NCBI GenBank assembly: GCA_965208125.1
Contig: OZ242320.1
Location: 4,160,001 to 4,224,000, forward strand
DNA: 64,000 nt
Reading direction: 5' to 3'
Origin: Candidatus Latescibacterota bacterium
GTDB lineage: Bacteria > Latescibacterota > UBA2968
In this document: positions 42,574 through 51,953 of the stretch, one piece after another
Position numbering within the stretch: the stretch's first letter is position 1
Layout: every line of letters starts with the position of its first letter
Notes under the pieces: generated by a model
Told to the model about the DNA's origin: nothing
Databases searched by the model: none
Seen by the model: the letters and a program-made list of their open reading frames with translations, nothing else
Position numbers and translations under genes: made by a program

Positions 42574-43581
42574 ATGACAGAGGAAAGACAATATCAACAA
42601 GGACCGAAACGCCGCATTCTTTCTATTGACGGTGGGGGTATTCTCGGCACCTTTCCGGCGGCCTTTCTTGCAGAACTGGAACAGCATCTCGAACATCCAA
42701 TTGGTGCGTATTTCGACCTGATTGCCGGTACATCAACCGGCGGGATTCTCGCCCTCGGACTGGCTATGGGCCTTCCTGCCTCAAAACTTCTTGACCTTTA
42801 CGAAAAACGCGGGCCTGAAGTCTTCGGCCAGAATCATAGTGCGCTACCAGGATTTGTCTATAGAACACTTCGTGGTATCCAGTGGCTCTATCGACGGAAA
42901 TACGATTCTAATGCGCTGTGTGGTGCCCTTCAAGACGTCTTCGGCAACAAGCGCATCGGCGAAGCAACGACCCGCCTTATGGTTCCTGCATGGAATCCGG
43001 TTGAGCGGAGCGTTTATATCTATAAGACAGCCCATCATCCCCGTCTGAAGAATGATTATCGATCCCCGGCCATTGATGCCGCCCTTGCCACATCCGCTGC
43101 GCCAACCTATTTCCAACACCACATCACGCAGCACGATGTTGGGCTCCTTGATGGCGGGATCTGGGCGAACAACCCGATCGGCATTGCCGCGGTTGAAGCC
43201 ATAACCATGCTGGACTGGCCAAGAGATTCCCTTCACATCCTGAGCTTGGGTTGCCTGGCAGAGACCTACACCATTCTAAAATGGGCCGGAATCGGAACCC
43301 TTGGTCGGAATATCCTGCGGTTGTTCATGGATGGTCAGTCGCACGGTGCGATGGGCATTGCCAAACTAATCACCGGCCACGAACACGATCGACGTGCCAT
43401 ATATCGGATCGATCACACCGTCCCCAAGGACACTTACAAGATGGACGACACGCGGGTTATCCAAGAATTGAAAGGTCTCGGTCACACGAAAGCTCGTGAT
43501 CGACAACCCGTTCTTGAACCCGTTTTCTTTGATCAGCCGGCGGATGAATTCACGCCGGTTTACCAACTTAAGAAGGAGTAA
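42574..43581 (+). CDS. CBASS patatin-like phospholipase effector (CapV/CapE-like)
   Basis: DGGGILG, GTSTG (catalytic Ser), SAAPTYF, DGG.WANNP; TAATG-coupled to the CD-NTase. Confidence 0.9.
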   Translation: MTEERQYQQGPKRRILSIDGGGILGTFPAAFLAELEQHLEHPIGAYFDLIAGTSTGGILALGLAMGLPASKLLDLYEKRGPEVFGQNHSALPGFVYRTLRGIQWLYRRKYDSNALCGALQDVFGNKRIGEATTRLMVPAWNPVERSVYIYKTAHHPRLKNDYRSPAIDAALATSAAPTYFQHHITQHDVGLLDGGIWANNPIGIAAVEAITMLDWPRDSLHILSLGCLAETYTILKWAGIGTLGRNILRLFMDGQSHGAMGIAKLITGHEHDRRAIYRIDHTVPKDTYKMDDTRVIQELKGLGHTKARDRQPVLEPVFFDQPADEFTPVYQLKKE

Positions 43582-44789
43582 TGATGATGGTTGATACAAA
43601 TAGTTATTCAAGATTTTTAGAGAAAGTTGCGGAAACTATCGACATTCCGCCGAGCAAATATCAAGACGCGGTTGATCGCTATCAGGTTGTTGGCAAATAT
43701 CTTGAGGATGGAGAGTATCCGGGTTGCACCGGTGAACTCAGCATTTATCCGCAGGGGTCCTTTCGCCTTGGCACTGTCGTCAGGCCCATAAGAGACGGTA
43801 TCGAAGCCAGCTACGACATTGATCTTGTGTGTGAATTGCCGATAGAAAAGTACCGGACAAGTCCCCGATCCGTGAAATTGATGGTTGGTGATCGCCTCAA
43901 GGAACACGGCACATACCGCAAGTTGCTGGATGAGGAAGGCAAACGGTGCTGGACACTTGAGTATGCCGAGCAGGATGAGATTGGGTTTCACCTTGACGTC
44001 CTACCGTCGATTCCTGACCCCCGATCTCCTTTCGATACCGCCATCGCTATTACGAACAAAAAAGAAAATGTTTATACGTGGTCGGCCAGCGATCCCAAAG
44101 GCTACGGCCTTTGGTTTGACCGCCAGAACCAAGCAGCATTTGAACTCGCACGAACCGACCAGAAGCGGGCCATTCTGACGCAGAGTTCCCATATCTATGC
44201 GAGCATTGACGATGTTCCGGATGCGCTCGTCCGTACGCCACTCCAGCGTTCTATCCAACTCATGAAGCGCCACCGGGATATAATGTTCGACAATGAACAG
44301 AACAACAAACACGCACCTATCTCGATCATCATCACTACGCTCGCCGCGCAGTTCTACCAAAACGAGCCTGACATCTACTCGGCACTCTACAGTATTGTCA
44401 CTCAGCTACACGCACATGCAGTTCTCGTTGAAAACGGAACTGTAAATCGAAGCCTGGCCCCCCACAGTCCCATTAAGCGCAGTCCTGATGGTGGGTGGTA
44501 TATTGGTAATCCGGTTAATCCCGAAGAGAATTTCGCCGACCGTTGGCATGAGGATAATCATGCGCGTGCAAGGGCCTTTTTCCATTGGGTTGCGGCGTTG
44601 AAAGAAGCCCTCTTCGATATTTTGGAAGAGCCACACCTCAATGTTCTGCGCGAACGGCTTTCTGCGACGCTCGGTGCGGCGGTTGCCTCCAAACATTTTG
44701 ACCTGATCGCATCTGGCGTGGCTGCGGAGAGTAGCGTTCCGAGAATCCATATCTCAAAGTCGACGTCGACGAGGCCGTGGAGAGCATAA
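43581..44789 (+). CDS. CBASS cGAS/DncV-like nucleotidyltransferase (CD-NTase)
   Basis: YPQGSFRLGTVVRP, YDIDLV, FHLDVLP, SDPKGY..WF, PISIIITTL, NPVNPEENFADRW; flexible tail ending RPWRA. Confidence 0.92.
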   Translation: MMMVDTNSYSRFLEKVAETIDIPPSKYQDAVDRYQVVGKYLEDGEYPGCTGELSIYPQGSFRLGTVVRPIRDGIEASYDIDLVCELPIEKYRTSPRSVKLMVGDRLKEHGTYRKLLDEEGKRCWTLEYAEQDEIGFHLDVLPSIPDPRSPFDTAIAITNKKENVYTWSASDPKGYGLWFDRQNQAAFELARTDQKRAILTQSSHIYASIDDVPDALVRTPLQRSIQLMKRHRDIMFDNEQNNKHAPISIIITTLAAQFYQNEPDIYSALYSIVTQLHAHAVLVENGTVNRSLAPHSPIKRSPDGGWYIGNPVNPEENFADRWHEDNHARARAFFHWVAALKEALFDILEEPHLNVLRERLSATLGAAVASKHFDLIASGVAAESSVPRIHISKSTSTRPWRA

Positions 44790-45524
44790 ATGAAAGAAGA
44801 ACTTGTTGCCGAGATTGCCGAATTGCAATGTGTACACCGTGGGCTGACGGCAATCACGAGAGCAGAAAACGCGACAATATTATCAGGTCCATTGCCGTTT
44901 GAGGCATCGGCTAATGGACATAGCACAATCGTAGAGTGCTTCGAAATTGAACTCACCATCCCCGATATTTACCCGGAGAATCTTCCGTACGTCCGTGAAA
45001 CCGGTGGGAAGATCGATAGCGATTATGATCACCTGAACGGGGACGGTACGTTATGCCTTGGGATCCCTATCGAAAAGCACCGCGTCTTCTGGCAACAACC
45101 CTCACTCTTGGGATTTGTAAACCGTCTCCTCATTCCGTACTTCTTCGGATACAGCCACTACAAGAAATATGGTACGCACCCCTTTGGTGAGGCAGAACAC
45201 GGTGCAGTAGGCATCGTTCAGCACTATATGGATACTCTTGAATTGGTCGACGAACGAGCGGCATTGGCTGTCATTGCCTTCCTTATTGAGCATGGTTACC
45301 GGGGACACCATTCCTGTCCGTGCGGCAGCGGCAAAAAAGTTCGCAAATGCCACGGTCAAGCTCTGCGAGACCTCCACAAGCTACACACGGCACGTACCTT
45401 ACAGAACGATTTTGTTGCGTTACTTGATGTTTGTATTGCTATGATCAAGTCGAAAAATCTACAAATTCCTGAGCCGCTTCACCGTCAAATTCGGCGCATT
45501 CTCAACAAAATGATTAGACGGTGA
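44790..45524 (+). CDS. CBASS ancillary prokaryotic E2-like protein with SEC-C zinc motif
   Basis: IPDIYP..LP.V, HLNGDGTLCL (E2 catalytic Cys context), PFGE..HG, CPCGSGKKVRKCH. Confidence 0.85.
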   Translation: MKEELVAEIAELQCVHRGLTAITRAENATILSGPLPFEASANGHSTIVECFEIELTIPDIYPENLPYVRETGGKIDSDYDHLNGDGTLCLGIPIEKHRVFWQQPSLLGFVNRLLIPYFFGYSHYKKYGTHPFGEAEHGAVGIVQHYMDTLELVDERAALAVIAFLIEHGYRGHHSCPCGSGKKVRKCHGQALRDLHKLHTARTLQNDFVALLDVCIAMIKSKNLQIPEPLHRQIRRILNKMIRR

Positions 45525-45701
45525 ATGGCTTGTTGAAACTAATTTGGAAAATTTCGTCCCTGTCTATAACGCATACCTGCCTTGTCGAGTCCGCAAGAAG
45601 GTGAACAGCTTGAGATACAGCCAGTTGTAAACCATCCATAGTATAGGCTATTACAGTAATGCACTCTTGTCGATATTTAGACCAAATAAGAGGGACCTTG
45701 C

Positions 45702-45893
45702 ATGTCTGATCAATTGGATAAAAACTGGCGTGACAACATTGCACTCGTCACGAAGACCGCGGCAAGCCTTGTGCCCGTTATTGGTGGGCCGCTGGCCGAA
45801 CTGATTACCGAAGCAATTCCTCTATACAGGCCGATGAGTTTGTCTTGTCGGTCCATCCCTTTACCCCTATTTTCAAGGGTGCTCTTTACTTGA
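45702..45893 (+). pseudogene. N-terminal stub of a hypothetical defence-island protein
   Basis: GAGGG RBS, then AASLVPVIGGPLAELITEAIP, after which the sequence stops looking protein-like. Confidence 0.45.
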
Positions 45894-45976
45894 ATTTACA
45901 TCATAACTCCGATCTGAATGACGACGGCGACCCTGATCCCAATTTTGCAATAGTAAAGAAAAAAAAGGACAGAACG

Positions 45977-46291
45977 ATGATTGACCAAACAATCCTAGAC
46001 AACATCATCAGTCGTATTGTGGAAGTGGCTGATCCCGAGCGGATTATCCTTTTTGGGTCTGCTGCCCGAGGTGACATGAACCGCCATAGCGATGTCGATC
46101 TGCTCGTTATCGCGGATGTCGATGATCGCCTCGCCGCAATGGCGCAAATTCACCGGAGATTGCGCGGAAGGCATCTGGCAGTTGATGTGATCGTGGTTAC
46201 GCCAGCAGATGTCGCCCGATACGGCAAGAGCCATGCCTTAATCATTAAGCCGGCATTGCAGGAAGGAAAGGTGGTGTATGAAGCAGCCTGA
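45977..46291 (+). CDS. MNT (minimal nucleotidyltransferase) antitoxin
   Basis: PERIILFGSAARG..SDVDLLVI..VDVIV..EGKVVYE; 104 aa from ATG 45977. Confidence 0.9.
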   Translation: MIDQTILDNIISRIVEVADPERIILFGSAARGDMNRHSDVDLLVIADVDDRLAAMAQIHRRLRGRHLAVDVIVVTPADVARYGKSHALIIKPALQEGKVVYEAA

Positions 46292-46361
46292 ACGCTTTCC
46301 ACCGGACGACCCGCGCGAGTGGATCAATCGTGCCCGGAGCTACCTTTTTACAGAACTTTAA
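46278..46361 (+). pseudogene. Truncated HEPN toxin
   Basis: MKQPERFPPDDPREWINRARSYLFTEL* overlaps the MNT end; it is a HEPN-type N-terminus that stops after 27 aa. Confidence 0.75.
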
Positions 46362-46378
46362 GGACGCTATCGTCTGGC

Positions 46379-46430
46379 AAAAAGAAAACGGGTAAAGAAT
46401 ATTATAATTCTCTACCCGTTCTTTTTTCTT
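46379..46430. terminator. Bidirectional terminator
   Basis: aacgggtaaagaat/attctctacccgtt stem (one mismatch), flanked by A- and T-tracts, between convergent genes. Confidence 0.7.
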
Positions 46431-46591
46431 AAACCGATACCCTCACGTCAATCAGGGCTCAACTCAATATTGAGCCGACAGCCTACGGTCACACTATATT
46501 TCGCCAATCATATCCTTGACCTTACATACACCATACTCGCTTATCTTCCAGGTCAATCCAAGTCGTGAACCGATCTTTATCGGTGTATTAC

Positions 46592-47494
46592 TCAGTTCGG
46601 CGCTTGCGCAAAAGACGTGATAGATGACGTGTACGCATGGCCTCTTGCCAGTCTTCGCTTCTCGAGACTACTACGAAGTTCATCATACTCCCAATTCCCG
46701 CTCTCGGCCTCCTCACGCCACTTCATGTTGTATGTCTCTCGCTTGCAAACGTCCAGGTGTTTCGGGGCCAGCGTGAGCCACGTCTTCCCTGAAGTAACAC
46801 TTCCGAAGCCGTTAAAGCATGGGGAGTGCAGGTAGAGCAAGTTCTTCGCCATGTACGTCAGATAGTCTTCTGAGCTGTACCTGGCTCCATTGTAACTCAG
46901 TTCGTTGTTGCAGAAGATGGTTTTGTGTCGGCAAAGTCGGTCCCTGGTCTCCCATGGGCTCAGGATCAGTCCTTCAGAGTCACATAGAAACGCATTGTAC
47001 GAGGGGTCAACCATCACCCACTTCGAGCGAGAAGTACACCAAACCACCGTAACTACATGATTGTCATAGTCGTATGGATTCAGAGGATTCAGAGACACTA
47101 TTCGGCTCTGCAACCCCAGAGATAGGCAGGCCTCTGTTAGCACGATAGACAGCATGTAGCAGTTGATGCCATAGTCCTCACCTTTGCCGAACGAATAGCT
47201 CAGAAGTCCCGAAGCGTTCATGGGCAGTACTTTGCAGACCTCGGGCAGCGCTTTGCTTATGTCACCTCTGTGGCATATGCCTTCAGACATCCACTGCATT
47301 AAGTTCAGGATTTTAGACCAGTCGTCTCCACCTCCTGCAACCTGATCAAGTCTATATGCTTCGCGCAGACGCTCGAGTTCAGGATGGGAGAGTTCATATT
47401 GGAAGCCAGGTGCCAATTCGTCTGGTAAGGAATCAAACTCGTCAAACAAGCGTAAGAGCCCGCAGTTTAGTCTAAACTGATAATTCATCGTCAC
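46592..47494 (-). CDS. Transglutaminase-like (Cys-His-Asp) protein
   Basis: GINCYML, NHVV, KWVMVDPSYN. Confidence 0.8.
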   Translation of the reverse strand: MTMNYQFRLNCGLLRLFDEFDSLPDELAPGFQYELSHPELERLREAYRLDQVAGGGDDWSKILNLMQWMSEGICHRGDISKALPEVCKVLPMNASGLLSYSFGKGEDYGINCYMLSIVLTEACLSLGLQSRIVSLNPLNPYDYDNHVVTVVWCTSRSKWVMVDPSYNAFLCDSEGLILSPWETRDRLCRHKTIFCNNELSYNGARYSSEDYLTYMAKNLLYLHSPCFNGFGSVTSGKTWLTLAPKHLDVCKRETYNMKWREEAESGNWEYDELRSSLEKRRLARGHAYTSSITSFAQAPN

Positions 47495-47798
47495 TACCTC
47501 AAGATATGTTGATTCTCTTTTCCCATTTCATCTACCTACGTTATTCACGCACCAGTTCAGTTATACCATAAATATACAGGTACTAAACGAAAGTGTGCAA
47601 TCGTATTTTCGGAGAAGGAATTTGTAAACGGGGCTTAAAGACCTAAGATAGAATCAATCTTTTGGATCCTCGCATTGAGACATTTTGAAGGGATTAAATT
47701 TTGCAATAATCTTTATACGCCAAAATGCCATTGCAAACCCCTGTTTTTTCGACTAAATTGCAGATAATTGTAAATATTGAAAGACAAAGGTGCATAAT

Positions 47799-47900
47799 AT
47801 GACCAAACGCAGACTGCCCATCGGCATTCAGACCTTCCGCGAGATGCGAAAGGAAAACTGCTACTATGTCGATAAAACGGCCCACATGCGGCGGCTTTAA
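47799..47900 (+). pseudogene. N-terminal stub of an AAA-ATPase_like / PD-(D/E)xK protein
   Basis: MTKRRLPIGIQTFREMRKENCYYVDKTAHMRRL* carries the characteristic LPIGIQTF..YYVDKT start and stops before Walker A. Confidence 0.8.
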
Positions 47901-48064
47901 TTGCGCACTCGCAGGCGCAACAGATCCCTATGGTTCTTCTGAAATCGCCGAATTGGATGAAAATCTGTGCCGCGTCAGAGATGAGGTCCACAAACATATT
48001 CGTTAGATACGAGAGATCAGTATGTCATCCTGTTCAGGGACACTACACTGGAGGAGTACAGGTT

Positions 48065-48859
48065 ATGGGACAAGCATTGACGGAGCTTGAAATCGAATCG
48101 ATCGTCCGGGAGGTCACAGACGAAGAAGTGGCTTTTTACCACGAATACGGGTGGGTCATGATGAAGCAACTCGTGGACTCGGAGTTCGCAACGGAGCTTC
48201 TGTGTGTTGGTCAAGAGTGGTTGAAACGCAATGGCGAAGAGAAGGGCGGCAGACGGGCTGTCGGCCTGGCGCGGCGGGAAGAGACCGAGCCGTTCCGTTC
48301 GTTCATGTTCAGCGAGCGCATGTCAAAGAACGCAACACGACTCGTGAACAGGAAGCGGCTCAAGGGCGTAGATATCCCACTTCGCTATCGCATCGACATC
48401 CTCCAACACAAGCCCCCAGGGGCAGCCGGAGCCACTTATCATCAGGACTCGTCAGAGCACGGCTCTGATCGCGTGGGGGAACTCCAGTTCTGGCTTGCAC
48501 TGGTGGAAGTGCCACCGGAGATGAGTGCCATGCGATTCGTCAGCCGCTCACATCGCGAAGGACCGCTTGGCTCGGTATTCAAAGATGACCGGGGCAACCT
48601 GCTCGAGCAGTACCCAAATCTGACGTCTGTGCTGGAGCTCTCTCCTCCGTTCCATTACCAGCCGGGTGACTGCACTGTGCATCACGGATACACAGTCCAT
48701 GGCGGTCCACCCAACAGCACCGACAAGTCGCGCTGGTCATACCTCTTCTCATACTCCCCTTCTGACACGCGATACTGGAATGGTACCGCAGCCAACTGGG
48801 GCAGCGAGCGGAAGCGTTTGAGTGATTCGGACAATCCCACGGTCCATTTTTCCGAATAA
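48065..48859 (+). CDS. PhyH-family dioxygenase, paralog A
   Basis: GGAGG RBS; KPPG..YHQD, VHGGPPNSTDKSR. Confidence 0.88.
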   Translation: MGQALTELEIESIVREVTDEEVAFYHEYGWVMMKQLVDSEFATELLCVGQEWLKRNGEEKGGRRAVGLARREETEPFRSFMFSERMSKNATRLVNRKRLKGVDIPLRYRIDILQHKPPGAAGATYHQDSSEHGSDRVGELQFWLALVEVPPEMSAMRFVSRSHREGPLGSVFKDDRGNLLEQYPNLTSVLELSPPFHYQPGDCTVHHGYTVHGGPPNSTDKSRWSYLFSYSPSDTRYWNGTAANWGSERKRLSDSDNPTVHFSE

Positions 48860-48876
48860 GGTTTCAGGGGGTTGAA

Positions 48877-49611
48877 ATGATTTCTGTACAACAATGGGAT
48901 TTTTTTCAAGAACACGGTTATCTGATCGTTGAAAATGTAATCTCTGTTCAACGATTGGCAGCGTTGCGAGAGGCCCTGGAAAAGAGGTATGATCTGGAGG
49001 GCGAAAAGGCAGGGACAGAAGGATCGACACCTCCGGGCGTTCGCAGGTTGTGCAATCTCATTGGTAAAGGCCGCGTCTTTGAAGAGCTGGCAATCGAGCC
49101 GATTGCATTAGAAATGGCCAGGCTGGTGATTGGAGAGGATATGCGCTGGCAGGCCATGAATTTTCACGATCCCATGCCCGGTGATCCGCGTCCTATTCAG
49201 GAAATCCATGCCGATCGATCGTTCTTTAAGAATTGTACTGCATACCTCAATGTGGTGTGGGCTCTTGATGATATGACAGAAGAAAACGGTGCGACTCGCC
49301 TTGTGCCGGGATCGCATAAAAAACCCTGGCCCCGAGATGTTCTGGACGATCTCAAAGAGGCAGTTGCTGGAGAAATCTATGCGACCTGTAAGGCTGGAAC
49401 TGGCATTTTTTGCCACGGTGATATCTGGCATGGCGCACGAGCAAACCTTTCAAAATCGTCCAGGCGTGTGATCCATATGGGATACAGTTGTACAAACACT
49501 GCGCCTCAATATGAAATTGCAGGCTCTTTGACGCAGGATATTCGCGAGCGGTTGGGCGAGCATTGTGCGCTCATTCCAGAGCCCCTATCGTCATTTGGTT
49601 TGGAGAAGTAA
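48877..49611 (+). CDS. PhyH-family dioxygenase
   Basis: IHAD, ENGATRLVPGSH, WHGARAN.S..R. Confidence 0.9.
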   Translation: MISVQQWDFFQEHGYLIVENVISVQRLAALREALEKRYDLEGEKAGTEGSTPPGVRRLCNLIGKGRVFEELAIEPIALEMARLVIGEDMRWQAMNFHDPMPGDPRPIQEIHADRSFFKNCTAYLNVVWALDDMTEENGATRLVPGSHKKPWPRDVLDDLKEAVAGEIYATCKAGTGIFCHGDIWHGARANLSKSSRRVIHMGYSCTNTAPQYEIAGSLTQDIRERLGEHCALIPEPLSSFGLEK

Positions 49612-51044
49612 TGGCCAATCAAAAACCATTGAATTTTATATTTTTTCAACCAGACGAAATGCGAGCCGAAAGTTTGGCATGTTATGGTCATCCATTGATC
49701 CAAACCCCCAATTACGATCGCCTGGCGGCAGAAGGGGTTCGCTTTGACCAATGCCATGTGCAAAACGCGCAATGTACGCCTTCCAGAGTTTCGATGATGA
49801 CGGGGCTTTATCCCCATTGTGCTGGGCATCGCTCCATGTGGCATCTGATAAGGCCTCATGAACCCCATCTTTTTAAATATCTGTATGAAGCTGGCTACGA
49901 TATTCACTGGTATGGCAAAAATGATTTACTCGCACGAGATAGTTTGTTCTGCATAAAAGAATATTATGAACACAAAGATGACAAAAGGAAGAATCGCTGG
50001 CAAAGGGGTGACAAGGAATTCTATAGTTTTGATTTTGAGCCTTTGGATTGCGAGAGGGAAGAGGTCGCTGATTATATTAAAGTCAAAGCGGGGATCGATT
50101 TTCTGCACAATCGCAAAGATGATGACAATCCCTTCTTTTTGTTTTTGCCGCTTCTACAACCCCATCCAGGCTATACCACCCACCGCGATTTTTATGACAT
50201 GTATGATCCCAGAGATATACCGGACTTGAGACCCGCAGGGCTGGACAAAAAGCCAGACTTTTACACGCTCATCAGAAAGTACCGCCGCTTAGATGAATTG
50301 TCGGAGAATTTCTTTCGAAAATTGAATGCTGTTTATCTCGGTATGATCAGCTATACGGACTGGCTTCTGGGGGAACTGATGAATGTTATGGAGGAGAAGG
50401 GGCTTTTTGAAAATACGGTTCTGATCGTTTCTTCTGATCACGGTGACTGGGCAGGGGATTTTGGTTTGGTGGAAAAATGGCCAAGTGATTACAGTGATGC
50501 GCTGACGCGGGTGCCTCTATTGGTAAAAGCCCCCGGTAGCAAAGCGGGTCATGTGGTGGAAGGTCCGGTTGAGATGTTCGATCTCATGCCGTCTGTTATG
50601 GAACTGGCGGGTCTTTTACCCACACACACGCATTTCGCCAGGTCCTTTGTACCTCAACTCCGGGGTGAAGCGGAAGATAAGGATCGATTGGTATTCGCAG
50701 AAGGGGGTTATGAGACTTGTGAACCCCATGTGTTTGAAGGGCGATGGGACTGGAGTAATCCCAACGAGGATGGTGTCTATTTTCCCAAGGGCAAACTGCA
50801 ACAAGAAGTGCGCGAAAGTGTTTGCCGTACGACGATGATCAGGAGCTTAAATCACAAGCTCATTCGACGCACAGCCGGTCAGGACGAATTATACGACCTC
50901 AAAAATGATCCCCAGGAGTTAAAGAATTTAATTGATGACCCGGGTATGCAAGAGACAAAGTTAGATCTGGAAAGGTCTATGCTTGATTGGTTTATGAGAA
51001 CTTCTGACACCGTCCCCGTCGGAGGAGATCCAAGGGGATTTTGA
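49611..51044 (+). CDS. Sulfatase
   Basis: TAATG-coupled start; PDEMRA, CTPSR, SDHGD. Confidence 0.9.
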   Translation: MANQKPLNFIFFQPDEMRAESLACYGHPLIQTPNYDRLAAEGVRFDQCHVQNAQCTPSRVSMMTGLYPHCAGHRSMWHLIRPHEPHLFKYLYEAGYDIHWYGKNDLLARDSLFCIKEYYEHKDDKRKNRWQRGDKEFYSFDFEPLDCEREEVADYIKVKAGIDFLHNRKDDDNPFFLFLPLLQPHPGYTTHRDFYDMYDPRDIPDLRPAGLDKKPDFYTLIRKYRRLDELSENFFRKLNAVYLGMISYTDWLLGELMNVMEEKGLFENTVLIVSSDHGDWAGDFGLVEKWPSDYSDALTRVPLLVKAPGSKAGHVVEGPVEMFDLMPSVMELAGLLPTHTHFARSFVPQLRGEAEDKDRLVFAEGGYETCEPHVFEGRWDWSNPNEDGVYFPKGKLQQEVRESVCRTTMIRSLNHKLIRRTAGQDELYDLKNDPQELKNLIDDPGMQETKLDLERSMLDWFMRTSDTVPVGGDPRGF

Positions 51045-51073
51045 TGGAACACGACACGGGAGGAGCGCAGGTT

Positions 51074-51889
51074 ATGGGACAAGCATTGACAGAGCGCGAG
51101 ATCGAAGCCGTCGTCCGGGAGGTCACAGACGAAGAAGTGGCCTTCTACCAGGAATACGGGTGGGTCATGATGAAGCAACTCGTAGATCCGGAGTTTGTCA
51201 CGGAGCTTCTATCTGTCGGCCAGGATTGGCTGGACCGCTACGGCGAAGACAAGGGCGGCAGACGGGCTGTCGGTCTGGTACTGCAGGAAGAGGCTGAGCC
51301 GTTCCGCTCGTTCATGTTCAGTGAGCGCATGTCAAAAAACGCGATGCGACTCGTGAATAGGAAGCGGCTCAGGGGCGTGGATATCCCACTTCGCTATCGC
51401 GCTGATGTCCTCAGAGAAAAGCCCCCGGGGGCAGCCAGAACCCATTATCATCAGGACTCGGCTCAGCACGGTTCTGATCGCGTGGGCGAACTCCAGTTCT
51501 GGCTTGCGCTGGTGGAAGTGACACCGGAGATGAGCGCCATGCGATTTGTCAGTCGCTCACATCGCGAAGGGCCGCTCGGCTCGGTAGGCGGCGATGGCCA
51601 AGGCGACCTGCTCGAGCAATTTCCAAATCTGACGTCTGTGCTGGAGCTTTCTCCGCCGTTCCATTACCAGCCTGGTGACTGCACTGTGCATCACGGGTAC
51701 ACAATCCATGGCGCTCCGGTCAACAGCACCGACAAGTCGCGCTGGTCATACCTCTTCTCATACTCGCCTTCCGACACCCGATACTGGAACGGCACAGCGG
51801 ACAACTGGGGCAACGAGCGAAAGCATCTGAGTGACCGGGATAATCCAACGGTCTATTTTCCAATAGAAAGGAACAACAATGTCAATTGA
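51074..51889 (+). CDS. PhyH-family dioxygenase, paralog B (in-frame alternative start 51044)
   Basis: Closely similar at DNA level to 48065-48859, including the leader; HQD, IHGAPVNSTDKSR. Confidence 0.88.
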   Translation: MGQALTEREIEAVVREVTDEEVAFYQEYGWVMMKQLVDPEFVTELLSVGQDWLDRYGEDKGGRRAVGLVLQEEAEPFRSFMFSERMSKNAMRLVNRKRLRGVDIPLRYRADVLREKPPGAARTHYHQDSAQHGSDRVGELQFWLALVEVTPEMSAMRFVSRSHREGPLGSVGGDGQGDLLEQFPNLTSVLELSPPFHYQPGDCTVHHGYTIHGAPVNSTDKSRWSYLFSYSPSDTRYWNGTADNWGNERKHLSDRDNPTVYFPIERNNNVN

Positions 51890-51953
51890 GCAATTACAAG
51901 AAAATGGCCTAACCGGTCCTTTGAGATCCAAACCAGAGAGAGGTCAGTTATGA
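51879..51953 (+). other. Bridging mini-ORF MSIEQLQENGLTGPLRSKPERGQL*
   Basis: AAAGGA RBS, PhyH-like N-terminus; starts inside the upstream gene end and finishes with an ATGA overlap on the next start. Confidence 0.5.

Noticed and set aside
45845-45976. DLNDDGDPD (FG-GAP-like) upstream extension of the MNT ORF
   Set aside because: A single short motif that could be chance or a tiny remnant; the MNT start fits 45977.
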